Assembly (NCBI GenBank): GCA_951406725.2
Contig: OX597815.1
Location: forward strand, 130,448,001-130,512,000
From: Octopus vulgaris
Taxonomy: Eukaryota
Length of the DNA stretch: 64,000 nucleotides
Direction: 5' to 3'
The notes under the pieces are model-generated. The model had not been told where the DNA came from and made no database searches. It saw nothing but the letters and a program-made list of their open reading frames with translations. Below are positions 37,979 through 51,819 of this stretch, one piece after another (position 1 is the first letter of the stretch; every line of letters begins with the position of its first letter). A program made the position numbers and the translations under genes.

Positions 37979-38324
37979 CACACAACTACACACACACGTA
38001 TACATATATCCTTAATATCGTCTGAGGATGAGGGTGCACGTACAAACTAATTCAGGAACCACATATTGTTGAACATGTGGGGTACATACACATCGCGGTT
38101 GTAACGGATTATAGTTGTTATTAGTAGCAGTCGTACAGAATAAAAGATTATTTTAGGTAGTCAGACAATAAAAGATGGAACAACTTTTCAGTTTCGTTGC
38201 TGATTTTCGAAAATTCAAAGTTTATTGAAAATTTTAAAATTTGGTAAATTAATGTAGTTTTCGAAGCTGAATCTCAGGAGATATTTCACTTTTTCCAGAA
38301 TTAAAAAAAAAAAAAAAAGTTATA

Positions 38325-38479
38325 GAGTGGCTGTGTGGTAAGTAGCTTGCTTACGAACCACGTGGTTCCAGGTTCAGTCCCACTGCGTGGCACCTTGGGC
38401 AAGTGTCTTCTACTATAGCATTGGGCCGACCGAAGCCTTGTGAGTGGATTTGGTAGACGGAAACTGAAAGAAGCCCGTC

Positions 38480-38568
<89 letters not shown>

Positions 38569-38748
38569 TGTGTCTGTGTTTGTTCCCCCAACATCGCTTG
38601 ACAACTTAGAGTTCAGCAAAAGCGACCGATAGAATAAGTACCAGGCTTGCAAACAATAAGTCCTGGGGGCGATTTTCTCGACTAAAGGCGGTGCTCCAGC
38701 ATGGCCACAGTCACATGACTGAAACAAGTAAAAGAGAGTAAAAGAGAG
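38325..38748 (+). mobile_element. near full-length SINE family 1 copy
   Basis: A/B-box-like head, (TA)n(TG)n spacer, conserved tail ending GTAAAAGAG repeats. Confidence 0.9.
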
Positions 38749-38829
38749 GTTTAAAGTTTAATAAGAAAAGATCCAAAGACGGATGTCAGATATAAAAGAT
38801 TGTTGTGGAACTGGATGACAAGGGCTGAT

Positions 38830-39225
38830 TCCTCCTTAGGAGCACTTTTGGGCCGCTGTGGGGAAGCACTCCGTCGGTTACGACGACGAGGGTTCCGGTT
38901 GATCCGATCAACGGAACAGCCTGCTCGTGAAATTAACGTGTAAGTGGCTGAGCACTGCACAGACACGTGTACCCTTAACGCAGTTCTCGGGAAATTCAGC
39001 GTGACAGAGAGTGACAAGGCCGGCCCTTTGAAAGACAGGTACAACAGAAACAGGAAGTAAGAGTGAGAGAAAGTTGTGGTGAAAGAGTACAGCAGGGATC
39101 ACCACCATCCCTGCCGGAGCCTCGTGGAGCTTTAGGTGTTTTCGCTCAATAAACACTCACAACGCCCGGTCTGGGAATCGAAACCGCGATCCTACGACCG
39201 CGAGTCCGCTGCCCTAACCATTGGG
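38830..39225 (-). mobile_element. tRNA-headed SINE family 3 (relatives at about 3110, 4375, 18600, 21660, 58425)
   Basis: Minus-strand tRNA-like head TGGTTAGGGCAGCGGACTCGCGGTCGTAGGATCGCGGTTTCGATTCC and shared body. Confidence 0.8.
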
Positions 39226-39479
39226 CCGCTGTATAGGCTCGGGGATCATAAGATCGGCAAAATTAAGGGATGCTCCTGGTGGCCCACGATCTAGGTACGC
39301 CTCTGATCCTAACCGAGACTCTTGTAATTCCAGCCGTGACCATTTCGTCTTCTCCCTAACAAGAAAGAGGACTACGTCATCTTATTCAAGACATAACGTG
39401 TGATTTGAGTGAGTGATTTTAACAGCTATATCTGGTTGTTTGAACGCCCACGTAGAGGCTGCTTCGTTAGTTATCTCCA

Positions 39480-39720
39480 CGATGACGTTGATGATAATGA
39501 TGATGATCATGAGTATGACCGTCATCATGATGGTGACGGTGTCGAAGACGACGACGACGACGACGACGATGATGATGATGATGGTAACCGTGATGATGTG
39601 ACCTTTAAAGCAGTGATGATGATGACAACAATGTCAACGACCACGATGATGGTGATGATGACGGTGGTGGTGGTGGTGGTGGTGGTGGTGGTGGTGGTGG
39701 TTCTGGTGATGACGCCAGTG
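39480..39720. repeat. trinucleotide low-complexity tract (similar tracts at 50515-50900 and 51390-51810)
   Basis: (GAT)n/(GAC)n/(GGT)n mosaics. Confidence 0.9.
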
Positions 39721-39878
39721 ATGTAATAATATATGATACGGGGGTGTTGGCATTATTATAAATGCAACGTAGATCAACAAGAATCTTGAACTTAGTCCAA
39801 GTGATGACAGCCAATGGCAGTAGCAGACACCTTATGGAAGAGTGTGAGGCTGAGACTAGCGCTTCACTGCACAATTAT

Positions 39879-39940
<62 letters not shown>

Positions 39941-40019
39941 GCATGCAAAAAGCATACATACATACATACATATAACCGTACATACATATGTATACACACA
40001 CATGAATATATATATATAA

Positions 40020-40052
<33 letters not shown>

Positions 40053-40067
40053 GTATATATAATTTAT

Positions 40068-40122
<55 letters not shown>

Positions 40123-40597
40123 AAATGGAGAGATAGATGAATGCAAATACCATATTTGGTTGTATAAAAAAAACAAACGGGTATATTAGAAGCACTCCAA
40201 TTTCAGCAGCGCATATTCAAAGTAAAAATATACAGTTTTTTTAGTATGTAAAAGTACGTAACATAGACCTAACTTCTCATATAAAACCAGGTGATGTTTC
40301 TTCTGAGGTAATCTTTTGAAAAAATCGTGTGTTATATTTATGTGTATATAAACATACGCGCCCGCGCCCGCGTGTGTGAATGTATATCTGAATATATATA
40401 TATATATACAGTTATACACACCCCACACACATACACACGCACATACACGTATCTTTTAAATTTGTTAATGGGAAACGTTTTGAAGATGCAAATAAAGCTC
40501 CTATTCCATTATGCCAGCCACAGTTTAATGATGCTGACTGGTGAACCAGTTTTTCGGGATTGCATCGAGGAATATATATAGTAATAATAGCAATAAT

Positions 40598-40952
40598 CCT
40601 AGGATCGAATTTATAAGCATTTAAGCCATTGCTGCGCGCGTTTCCACAAATCACACAACTCTTACGATTACAGCTCGCATTCCCCTCCTCCTCACCAGAT
40701 ACACACAGAAATAATCATATAGCCCGCTTGGCCTTCATACTGATAAAAAGGGAAAAGCATCCCTCTGTGGTACATCCACTAATATTATATCGCCTGAAGA
40801 AATGAATCAATGATGATGATCAACCTGATGCCCACATATATTATGGACTACATTGAAATCATCCTAGGAATACGGACTGAGATCCTAAGAATCAAGTGAT
40901 TTGTGGAAACGCGCGTAACGATGCAGTAAACGTTTATAAATTCCAACCTAGG
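40598..40952. mobile_element. MITE with about 55-bp inverted ends in an (AAT)n context
   Basis: CCTAGG...GCGCGTTTCCACAAATCAC and its reverse complement. Confidence 0.75.
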
Positions 40953-40975
40953 ATTATTGTTATTATTATTATTAT

Positions 40976-43013
40976 TTTTTTTTCTTCTTTCAAATTTGCT
41001 TCCATTTCTTACCGAGTGTCTTCCCGACTCCTAGGGCAAAGAAACTCATAGTATACATTGGTAGGCCATTAAACCAAACTCAATAGTTCGTTAATTTTTT
41101 TTTTTTTTTTTTTTTAAGTTGAATTAAAATACATGAGCAGCAACAGTTCTCACATCGACAATGCTCTTCTCAATACGTGTGATGTACCAGTTAAGACAAT
41201 CTTTTGCACTTCTTGCAGGGATGGTAAGCCAGGGATCATTCTCATAATTTTCGGTTCCCTTCTTGATCATTCCTAGTGCTCCTACGATCACTGGTATTGT
41301 AACCGCCTTGAGATGCCACATTTTCTCAATTTCAATGAGTAGGTCTTTATATTTTCTGAGCTTGTCAAACTCTTTCGCTGAGATATTATGATCACAGGGG
41401 ATGCTCATGTCGATCAATAAGCAAACTTTATTGTTTTGGTCTTTCACAACAATATCTGGTTTATTGGCCTTGATGGTTCGGTCTGTATGTACTGGAAAGT
41501 CCCACAGAATGGTTACATTTTCTCCTTCAGTTACAGCCTCAGGGTGGTGATTATACCACTTGTCGGCAGTTTTGATATTGTAATGCCGACTTATTAGCCA
41601 GTGGAGATATTGGCCAACTCTGTCATGTCTTAATTTATACTCCACTGGTGCTAAGACCTTACATCCAGAGATTAGGTGGTCCACTGTTTCAATCATGTCG
41701 TTGCAGAATCGGCATTTTGGGTCTGCTCCATTTTTCATCACATTGGCCTGGTAGTTCCGGGTTAATAGGCTTTGATCTTGAGCAGCCAGGATGAAACCTT
41801 CGCTCTCTGCTTTTAGCCCTGAGCTCCGTAGCCACTGATGGGTTTGCTTCTGGTCAACATCAGCTTGTTTGCTGCGGGCCACATATTTGCCGTGCAGAGG
41901 TTTCTCCTCCCACCTATCAGCCAATTGCTCGTGCGCTTTTTTCATTGCCATCATTTTCACCTTCTTTGCAACAATAGTTGCCGTACTTCCCTCGGGTTGT
42001 TCAGTTTGGGTATCCTGCACGAGATCAATAGCAAATTTTTTGCTTTCCTTTATGATAGAATGAAGCTTCTTCCGTCTCTCGTGATTTTCCACGAGCTTTA
42101 GCATCCAGTCATTCGATATTTCGAGATATTTGGCCAGTCCAATTGTGGTTGTTTTGTAAGCTAGTTCAAATTGGATCAGGCCTCGACCTCCTTGGGCTCT
42201 GGGAAGGTAAAGGCGATCTACGTCTGCCTTTGGGTGGTGCATCCTATTACAACTCAGCAGCTTGCGTATTTTCCTATCTATATTCTTTACTTCACTCATA
42301 TTCCAGTTCAACACATTGTAGCTATAAGTAACAACTGGAACTGCTAAGGAATTTATAGCTAACACCTTGTTACGTGCATTTAGTTCAGATTTCAGAACTG
42401 CACGAACTCTCCTATAACATTCCTTCCTGATCTTCTCTTTCATGCTTGCATGCTGAATACCAGAGCCTTCATTTATCCCTAAATATTTGTATGTTTGTTC
42501 TTGCTCAAGCTCTCTTATGACTGTGTCAACATCTAACACGACTGAATTTGTGGTCTTCACTTTCCCTTTCTGGAAAGTGGCCTTGACACACTTCTCAAGT
42601 CCAAACTCCATCCCGATGTCATCGCTGAATGCTTTCACGGTGCGCAATAGGCCTTCAAGTTCATTATTGTCTTTACCATAAAGTTTTAAGTCATCCATAT
42701 AAAAGAGATGGCTTATTTTTTTATTGGCAATTTTATACCCATACCCTGTTCTGTTTAATTCACTTGTAAGGGGTATTAGGGCTATGCAGAATATTAAAGG
42801 TGAAAGTGAGTCACCTTGAAAAATTCCACAGTTGATGTTTATATTTTCTGAGGCAAGTACTCCATTAGAGTGGTATAATTGGAGATTCGTATTCCACAAC
42901 GACATATTGTGCTTCAGGAAGTTTGAAATTACAGGGGAAATTTTGAAGATGTCCAGCGATCTCAAGATCCATAGATGCGGTATACTGTCGAAGGCCTTTT
43001 TATAGTCAATCCA

Positions 43014-43014
<1 letters not shown>
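40976..43014 (-). mobile_element. 5'-truncated R4/Dong-type (RLE) non-LTR retrotransposon
   Basis: RT motifs (DYKKAFDS, GIFQGDSLSP, YMDD), CCHC (CRFC..ETVDHLISGC) and a KPD..D..K..KY endonuclease. (TAA)n at both ends. Frameshift near 41245; the natural end ...LRRALSM* is at 41150. Confidence 0.93.
41124..42965 (-). CDS. RT-zinc knuckle-restriction-like endonuclease ORF (partial)
   Basis: 613-aa ORF with the motifs above; N-terminally truncated and C-terminally frameshifted. Confidence 0.85.
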   Translation of the reverse strand: MRSLDIFKISPVISNFLKHNMSLWNTNLQLYHSNGVLASENININCGIFQGDSLSPLIFCIALIPLTSELNRTGYGYKIANKKISHLFYMDDLKLYGKDNNELEGLLRTVKAFSDDIGMEFGLEKCVKATFQKGKVKTTNSVVLDVDTVIRELEQEQTYKYLGINEGSGIQHASMKEKIRKECYRRVRAVLKSELNARNKVLAINSLAVPVVTYSYNVLNWNMSEVKNIDRKIRKLLSCNRMHHPKADVDRLYLPRAQGGRGLIQFELAYKTTTIGLAKYLEISNDWMLKLVENHERRKKLHSIIKESKKFAIDLVQDTQTEQPEGSTATIVAKKVKMMAMKKAHEQLADRWEEKPLHGKYVARSKQADVDQKQTHQWLRSSGLKAESEGFILAAQDQSLLTRNYQANVMKNGADPKCRFCNDMIETVDHLISGCKVLAPVEYKLRHDRVGQYLHWLISRHYNIKTADKWYNHHPEAVTEGENVTILWDFPVHTDRTIKANKPDIVVKDQNNKVCLLIDMSIPCDHNISAKEFDKLRKYKDLLIEIEKMWHLKAVTIPVIVGALGMIKKGTENYENDPWLTIPARSAKDCLNWYITRIEKSIVDVRTVAAHVF

Positions 43015-43108
<94 letters not shown>

Positions 43109-43109
43109 T

Positions 43110-43290
43110 TTTGGTTTGTCCCAGGTTCGGTCTTATACCTGGTAGAGATTATGTGGATAGCGGGTTACTAAGGTATCCACGAGCTTTCAGCAGTCTTTCA
43201 AGTACTCAGGACCCTCCTGATAATCCTTGCTGTCACTAAGAGACAAACTTTCTGTAGGAGCCCTACCAGGCATTCTATTTCAATCTCTCT
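43110..43290 (-). mobile_element. 3' end of a different Dong-like LINE (mirrored at about 44070-44250)
   Basis: LLQKVCLLVTARIIRRVLST* resembles the RLE C-terminus; followed by (TAC)n(TAA)n. Confidence 0.65.
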
Positions 43291-43419
43291 CTGCCTACCG
43301 ACTATCTTAAATCAAGAAATCCGATTTACAGAATAAATAGCGATCTTTGATTGGACCTGCATCAGTTTTTAGCTGTCGAGACACTAAATCCTTTAAAAAG
43401 TTTGATGCTCCCTAAAATT

Positions 43420-43946
43420 TGCTAAGGAATTTATAGCTAACACCTTGTTACGTGCATTTAGTTCAGATTTCAGAACTGCACGAACTCTCCTATAACATTC
43501 CTTCCTGATCTTCTCTTTCATGCTTGCATGCTGAATACCAGAGCCTTCATTTATCCCTAAATATTTGTATGTTTGTTCTTGCTCAAGCTCTCTTATGACT
43601 GTGTCAACATCTAACACGACTGAATTTGTGGTCTTCACTTTCCCTTTCTGGAAAGTGGCCTTGACACACTTCTCAAGTCCAAACTCCATCCCGATGTCAT
43701 CGCTGAATGCTTTCACGGTGCGCAATAGGCCTTCAAGTTCATTATTGTCTTTACCATAAAGTTTTAAGTCATCCATATAAAAGAGATGGCTTATTTTTTT
43801 ATTGGCAATTTTATACCCATACCCTGTTCTGTTTAATTCACTTGTAAGGGGTATTAGGGCTATGCAGAATATTAAAGGTGAAAGTGAGTCACCTTGAAAA
43901 ATTCCACAGTTGATGTTTATATTTTCTGAGGCAAGTACTCCATTAG
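43420..43946 (-). mobile_element. internal RT fragment, direct copy of 42342-42868
   Basis: Apparently identical sequence and translation. Confidence 0.92.
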
Positions 43947-44249
43947 GGAGCATCAAACTTTTTAAAGGATTTAGTGTCTCGACAGCTAAAAACTGATGCA
44001 GGTCCAATCAAAGATCGCTATTTATTCTGTAAATCGGATTTCTTGATTTAAGATAGTCGGTAGGCAGAGAGAGATTGAAATAGAATGCCTGGTAGGGCTC
44101 CTACAGAAAGTTTGTCTCTTAGTGACAGCAAGGATTATCAGGAGGGTCCTGAGTACTTGAAAGACTGCTGAAAGCTCGTGGATACCTTAGTAACCCGCTA
44201 TCCACATAATCTCTACCAGGTATAAGACCGAACCTGGGACAAACCAAAA

Positions 44250-44334
<85 letters not shown>

Positions 44335-44335
<1 letters not shown>

Positions 44336-45298
44336 TGGATTGACTATAAAAAGGCCTTCGACAGTATACCGCATCTATGGATCTTGAGATCGCTGGACAT
44401 CTTCAAAATTTCCCCTGTAATTTCAAACTTCCTGAAGCACAATATGTCGTTGTGGAATACGAATCTCCAATTATACCACTCTAATGGAGTACTTGCCTCA
44501 GAAAATATAAACATCAACTGTGGAATTTTTCAAGGTGACTCACTTTCACCTTTAATATTCTGCATAGCCCTAATACCCCTTACAAGTGAATTAAACAGAA
44601 CAGGGTATGGGTATAAAATTGCCAATAAAAAAATAAGCCATCTCTTTTATATGGATGACTTAAAACTTTATGGTAAAGACAATAATGAACTTGAAGGCCT
44701 ATTGCGCACCGTGAAAGCATTCAGCGATGACATCGGGATGGAGTTTGGACTTGAGAAGTGTGTCAAGGCCACTTTCCAGAAAGGGAAAGTGAAGACCACA
44801 AATTCAGTCGTGTTAGATGTTGACACAGTCATAAGAGAGCTTGAGCAAGAACAAACATACAAATATTTAGGGATAAATGAAGGCTCTGGTATTCAGCATG
44901 CAAGCATGAAAGAGAAGATCAGGAAGGAATGTTATAGGAGAGTTCGTGCAGTTCTGAAATCTGAACTAAATGCACGTAACAAGGTGTTAGCTATAAATTC
45001 CTTAGCAGTTCCAGTTGTTACTTATAGCTACAATGTGTTGAACTGGAATATGAGTGAAGTAAAGAATATAGATAGGAAAATACGCAAGCTGCTGAGTTGT
45101 AATAGGATGCACCACCCAAAGGCAGACGTAGATCGCCTTTACCTTCCCAGAGCCCAAGGAGGTCGAGGCCTGATCCAATTTGAACTAGCTTACAAAACAA
45201 CCACAATTGGACTGGCCAAATATCTCGAAATATCGAATGACTGGATGCTAAAGCTCGTGGAAAATCACGAGAGACGGAAGAAGCTTCATTCTATCATA
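44335..45298 (+). mobile_element. inverted duplicate of the LINE RT region
   Basis: Reverse complement of 42051-43014; the 324-aa ORF is identical up to KLHSII. Confidence 0.93.
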
Positions 45299-47443
45299 CA
45301 CCTGATCCCTCCACCCTTGTTCCCTTTGTGTGTGTGTGTGTGTGTGTTTGTGTTGTAGTGTCCCTGAGAACTGTATACAACAATTTCATTAAATAGTTTT
45401 TCGTTTGATAATAAAGTTACATTTGTTCATATACAATTGCTCTTCGTTCGAAGGCGGCGAGCTGGCAGACACGTTAGCACGCCGAGTGAAATGCTTAGCG
45501 GTATTTCGTCTGCTACTACGTTCTGAGTTCAAATTCCGCCGAGGTCGACTTGGCTTTTCGGGGTCGATTAAATAAGTACCAGTTACGCACTGGAGTCGAT
45601 ATAATCGACTTAATCCGTTTGCCTGTCCTTGTTTGTCCTCTCTGTGCTTAGCCCCTTGTGGGTAGTAAAGAAATAGGTATTTCGCTTGATTTTATATTCT
45701 GAGTTCAAACTCCGCCGAGGTCGACTTTGCCTTTTATCCTTTCGGGGCCCATAAATTAAGTACCAGTTGTGTACTAGAGTCTATCTTACCGAGAGGCCCC
45801 CTCTCCGAAAATTTTGGGTTTTGTGCCTAGAGTTGAATAGAATTGTTCTTCGTTCGGTTTTCTAAAAAGATAATGATTTCCTTTGTCTATGTTTAGTAAA
45901 TTTGTTATGGGCAGATCTATTTTGCGCTATCTTTGAAAACTTGTATTGGATATTTTCCCCTACATATTTCTAATTTGTGTAATCAATAAAGCATCGTAGA
46001 TTCTGTAAAACAATATTAGAAAAAAAAAAACACTAATGAAAAACAATAACCATTGATAAAAACGATGAATCCATTTCAAATATAAATTCCAGCTCGAAAA
46101 CTGAACCAAAAAAAATTTAAATTCCTTCTTGATCTCTTGACGATCTCAATTGCGTGAAACTCGAGTGGCAAGAAAATGAAAACCGCTTTGAATAAACCTT
46201 TACATTTAACTCTCTCACTTTGTTAATAAACAAACATTTGAATATGCGTATGCATACAGCTATGTTGCACAAATAACATTTAGTACTATATGTGTATACG
46301 TATAGAATTTAATAGAATTTCTTCAAGCTCATTGCGTTTTGAGTTCAAATCCTGTCGAGTCAACTTGGCATTTCATCCTTTTGGGTTCAATAAAATAAAA
46401 TATCAGCTGAGCACTGGTGTCGATGTAATCAAGTCGCTCCTCCTCTCAATATTAGAAAGAATTATCATTGTTATTATGAGTTGGCAGCATTGTTAGCACG
46501 CTGTGCAAATTGCTTAGCGGCATTTCGTCCGTCTTTACGCCCAGAGTTCAAATTCCGCTAAGGTCGAATTTGCCTTTCATTATATCGAGGTCGATAAAAT
46601 AAGTAGCTGTTGAGTACTGGAGTCGATGTAATCGACTTAACCTCTTCCCCGTAATTGCTGGCCTTGCGCCAAAATTTGAATCTATTATTATTCGAGCTGC
46701 GTTCGGGCGTTTGACATCTGTAATGTCGTCAAGCACTTACAGCTCTCTTTCAGCCTGGCAATGCAGTAAGCAGAAGTTGCACAAAGGCGTAGTATAGAGG
46801 ATTAGTGGTAAGCAAAAGCGATGACATTTTCAGGGAAACTCAAGATGTCAATGAAAATCAAACGGCTGATCTGTTCCCGGAGGACTGTCGGGGCCCTTGG
46901 ATATTTTCCAGAAAATTTGTGGCCTGACAGTACCGACAGCCTTATTGAATCCTCCTCGATGAGTGACGGAGATCCACCACAGCACCACTACCGCATACCA
47001 TATATATATGTCATGATTGATCGCTAGCCACTAAACCTTTTATTTTCTCTCTCTGTTTATTTCTGTGTTCCTTTCTGTTGAAGGGCGTAGGCTCGAAACG
47101 TAAAAGACTTTCTCACTTCTCGAGCGTTAAACTAATACATCTGTTTGTTGTTTACACACCCGTCTTCGTCTTTTGTTTTATTTGTTTTTGTTGTAAATTC
47201 CAGCTGTGTGTGTGTGTGAAAAGGTTGAATTATATTTCGTCCTTTAATTTGGAGGATTCCAAAAAACGATTTCTCATAAAGATTCTTCATATTTTGCTGG
47301 CAGCTTACTGGCGTAAATTTGCGAGCATGAAAATAATACTTGTATATGGTGTGTTATGTAAATTTATGGAACGGTATCCCATAAAACTCAACAAATTTGT
47401 TAAAAATGGAGAAGAGATGTTAAGGGATAACGTTCCATAAATT

Positions 47444-47479
<36 letters not shown>

Positions 47480-47604
47480 TACTGTAAATCACTGTTCTTC
47501 TAGTCAGTTTTCTTGTTTTATGTTCAACTATTCCAGTAACTTGATTTTCCTGTAAAATACTTTCTCTTATTGCTAAGGTGTTTTTGTGTTTTCTTCTTGT
47601 AATA

Positions 47605-47649
<45 letters not shown>

Positions 47650-48529
47650 CATTGCATTCGTCTGAGATAATTTTCACTGCAAATGACTTTCCTCGTCTTA
47701 TTGTCTGATTTACCGCTAATGTCATCCATGTTGGTGGTATCTTGATATTAATACGTTCAAATTGCAGAAGATTCTCTTCTATTGTCTTAGTACCATGTTT
47801 TCTTGAAAGATCTTTCTCTCTCGTTTTCTTTTCTCTTGCTACATATTTCAATAAACATGCTTAAATACATGCATACATACATACATACATACATACATAC
47901 ATACATACATACATACATACATACATACATACATACATACATACATACATACATACATACTTACTTCGTTTTTAACGGTTGAACTCGAAGCAGAAAAGCT
48001 ATAAATAATATTGGGTTAAAAAACCTTTTCGATAGAAAAAGTTGAAGGCTGCTTGTGAGATTTAGTTACGCAAACAGGAAAGGTAGAACTCATTGCATAA
48101 CACTGTACATACATATGTACATACGTCCATACGTACTTATGTATGTATGGAAAGTTAGTTTGACATAGTGAATTGGCTTGCCATACGCAGATCTTGCACT
48201 AAAGAATGAAATATCTGCCTTTGGACCGTTGGCAGAGAACTACAAGAGTGGGCTAAAACGTTAGTAGGCTGGCTATGAAGAAGTGATGCTAGAGCTGTGA
48301 AATTTTGCATACATTAATTTCAAACTCTCCTTACTAATAACTACATCGTTTCTTTTCAGGTAAACTGACATCTGACTGTTCAAAGAACACTTCAAAAGTA
48401 ACTTGTAGTGACTTCTCTTGAAAATGGACAAAATTTGGTATCGTGGTGTTATCAGTTACCTGAAGAAAAAAATGATTAGCCTCCAACGACATTTGTGCTG
48501 ACATGGCATAAGCCTGTGGTATACCTACA

Positions 48530-49860
48530 CTTGTTCAAACTGTACACAACTGCTTGAACCAATTCCTTCAATAGCATTGCGATTCTAATGGTATAATCAC
48601 AAATGAGCAAGTAGGTGGGAGACGCGGTGAACAAGTGTCTAATAAATAGAGCTGTGCTGTTTGAAGTGGGAAAACACGGCAGAAACCTTATGACAGATTA
48701 CTGAAAGGCATTCGATTCCATACATCAACGTCAAGTTAGTAGAATAGGTAAAAATACCTATTGTCTTAGTTGCTTCCACTAAAAGGCTTACAAAGATCTC
48801 GCCTATACACTTATAACTGAAAATGGAATGATTATTTCCTATTTTATATTTCTTGGAGAATATTCCAAAGTGACAGTCTGTCTGTGCGTCTGTTTATTTC
48901 GAAACCTAAATTCACTTTTGTATCTCTTACGAAAATCCAAACTTTTATGTAACTCATAACTTTTTTGTGGATGGCGTAGAAATCTGTACTTGGAGTATTT
49001 ACAATGCTGAGAAACTGTTAGATTTAGTTTCATTTTCTGCAGATATAGAAATGGAGCCGATTTAGGGATGTTTATACCTAAGATAGAAAAACTGTGCATC
49101 TTTCTTTTCTACTCTAGGCACAAAGCCCGAAATTTTTAGGGAGCGTGTCAGTCGATTAAATCGACTCCAGTACACAACTGGTACTTAATATATCGACCCC
49201 AAAAGGATGAAAAGCAAAGTCGACCTCGACGGAATTTTAACTCAGAACATAAAAACAGACGAAATACCTATTTCTTTACTACCCACAAGGGGCTAAACAC
49301 AGAGAGGACAAACAAGGACAGACAAACGGATTAAGTCGATTACATCGACCCCAGTGCGTAACTGGTACTTATTTAATCGACCCCGAAAGGATGAAAGGCA
49401 AAGTCGACCTCGGCGGAATTTGAACTCAGAACGTAACAGCAGACGAAATACGGCTACGCATTTCGCCCGGCTTGCTAACGTTTCTGCCAGCTCGCTGCAT
49501 TAGAAAAACTGTGCATCTATGAGCTCTCTGTCACCTTTGTTCTACATAATAAATGCTGTAAAAACCTAGGCATTGGGTGCTGTGAACAGAGACAGAGTAA
49601 CCAAGGAATATTATGACATTTTAAAGAAGATATGGTGGTCAGAGCTTTCCTCTTACAACAAAATAACATACCATAATGCATTTGTAGAACACGTAATGAT
49701 ACCAAAATTTAGGAGACTTGAGTGGTCTACTGAGGAAGCTCGCTCTATAGACATTAAGAACCACAAGATCGTGATATCAATTGCAAATTTCCAAAATTTC
49801 CGCAGAAGCTGATATATTGACAAACTCTTTCTCAGAAGGAGGGAAGAAGTAGCTTAAGAT
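48530..49860 (+). pseudogene. old degraded Dong/R4-like LINE interrupted by SINEs
   Basis: Fragments IITNEQVGGRRG, DY*KAFDSI, IFQSDSLS and KIWWSELSSYNKI. Confidence 0.7.
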
Positions 49861-50320
49861 CAATGCTGACATGGCCAGATTAAAACCCATAGAGGCCCTA
49901 AGCACTTAAAAGATTTTGATGTCGTCATATATATGTAATTCGAATTATAAACAATAATAAACCATAAAATAAATTTTTATTTTTCAAAATGAAACAAAAC
50001 TAAGAATAAGATGGAAAATAATGTTTATTTTTGTATACTTCCACTTTATTTACAGATGAAAAGCTTTCTCCTTTTTTTTTGGCAAAGTTTTTGATCAGAT
50101 CCCCACTATGACATCACGAACTCTTCAGAATTGTATTTCTGATCATATATATCACTTTGGATATTATTTTAGCCACTTTAAAGTGATTTCGTTTGTGTCA
50201 GAAACCATTTACCATTTCTGTGGGTTTTTTATCTTCCCTTGGTGTCCTAAGCTTGTGATTATTATACTTAATGGTTAATCCAGCACTGGTGCTGTATGAT
50301 ATCAATCAGGCAGCGTCTGC

Positions 50321-50477
50321 TCAACAATAATTACAAGCAAATGCTTCAACCAAAATACTCAAAACTGAAGTGACCTCCTGCAGATTAGCAGTGATTTGTT
50401 TTTTCAAGAAGCAATCACTCCCTGACGATCTCTCATGGGGACCCAGAAACACTGGACTCTCATACTTCAGCGAAGAT
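50321..50477 (-). other. candidate terminal exon of an unidentified minus-strand gene or pseudogene (other candidates 52513-52740, 53481-53679, 56258-56299)
   Basis: Strong TTTTTCTTCTTCCAG acceptor and an open frame to TGA. The partner candidates have good splice sites but some contain stops; no recognisable family. Confidence 0.3.
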
Positions 50478-51819
50478 CTGGAAGAAGAAAAACACACTGT
50501 ATGACACAACACAAGAGTGGTAACAGTGGTGGTGGTGGTGGTGGTAGTTAGGGAGATGATGTTGAATGAAGGCGGTGATGATGGTGTTGTTTATGGAAAT
50601 GGTGGCGATGCTGGTGATGGCGGTGATGGTGCTCATAGTGGTGTATATGATGATGGTGATGGTGCTGGTATTGAGAAAGGTAGTGATGGTTGTGTTGGTG
50701 ACGACGATGGTGATTGTCGTGAAGGTAGTGGTGGTGGTGGAGGGGAGGGTGCTGAGGGTGGCAATGGCAACAACGATGAGGGAGGTGATGGCAGTAGCGG
50801 TCATGCTGATGGCATGGGTGACGATGATGGTGACGTAAATGGTAGTCATGGTGACGATGATCGTTATTGTGGTGATGATGCAGGGGAAGTTAATGCTGGT
50901 GATGGGGGCCCCGACCTTACCAGTCTGCAAAGGCCATCAGCACATCTCTTCATCGCTTCCCATGTGAAACTAAGGCATTAACAATTCTTCATTTTGTTGT
51001 TGCTGCTGCTGTTGTTGTTAGGTCACTAAGACCGACTAAACATCGGCTGCAAGCCAAAGAAGAAGCCTCATTTAATCGCTAGAAATAGCAGCCAAATCTC
51101 CTAAATTACGTCTTATTGTCTTAGAAAAGAAAAGAAACAAAAAAAAAAACGTATATGTAGTCCAGAGTTGGGTAGATTTCTTAAAAAGAATGGTGTGGTC
51201 ATGATTGGAATGCCTTTCATCAAAGGTTTTCTGATTCAAGGCTAACCTTGGGTTAAACAACAACAGCAACAAACATCCTGTTAGCTGTTAAGTAGTGCCA
51301 ACATGGAAGGAAATTATTCAACGATTGCTTTTGTCTTTCTTTTTGTTTTTGTTTTGTCTTTTTTTACCTTCAATATTTCTGGAATGTTTCCAACCACCAT
51401 CATCATCATCATCATCACCGCCATCACTACCATCACCATCCTCACGACCAATACGTTCATCACCACCATCGCCACCATCATTACTATTACCTTAACTAGC
51501 AGCAGCACCATCGCCGCCACCACCACCACCACCACCACCGCTACCTCCACTATCACCACTACCACCACCACCACCACTACCACCGCCGCCACCACCATCA
51601 CCACCACCACCACCACCACCACCAAGATGACGACGACGACGATAATGACCACCACCATCATCACCACCACTGCCACCACCACCGCCGCCGCCGCCGCCAT
51701 AACCACCACCACTACCACCACCACTACCACCACCACCACCACCTTCCCAACCATTCCCACCATCATTGCCATTGCCATCCCCACAAACATCACAGCTACC
51801 TCCACCAGCACCATCTGGT

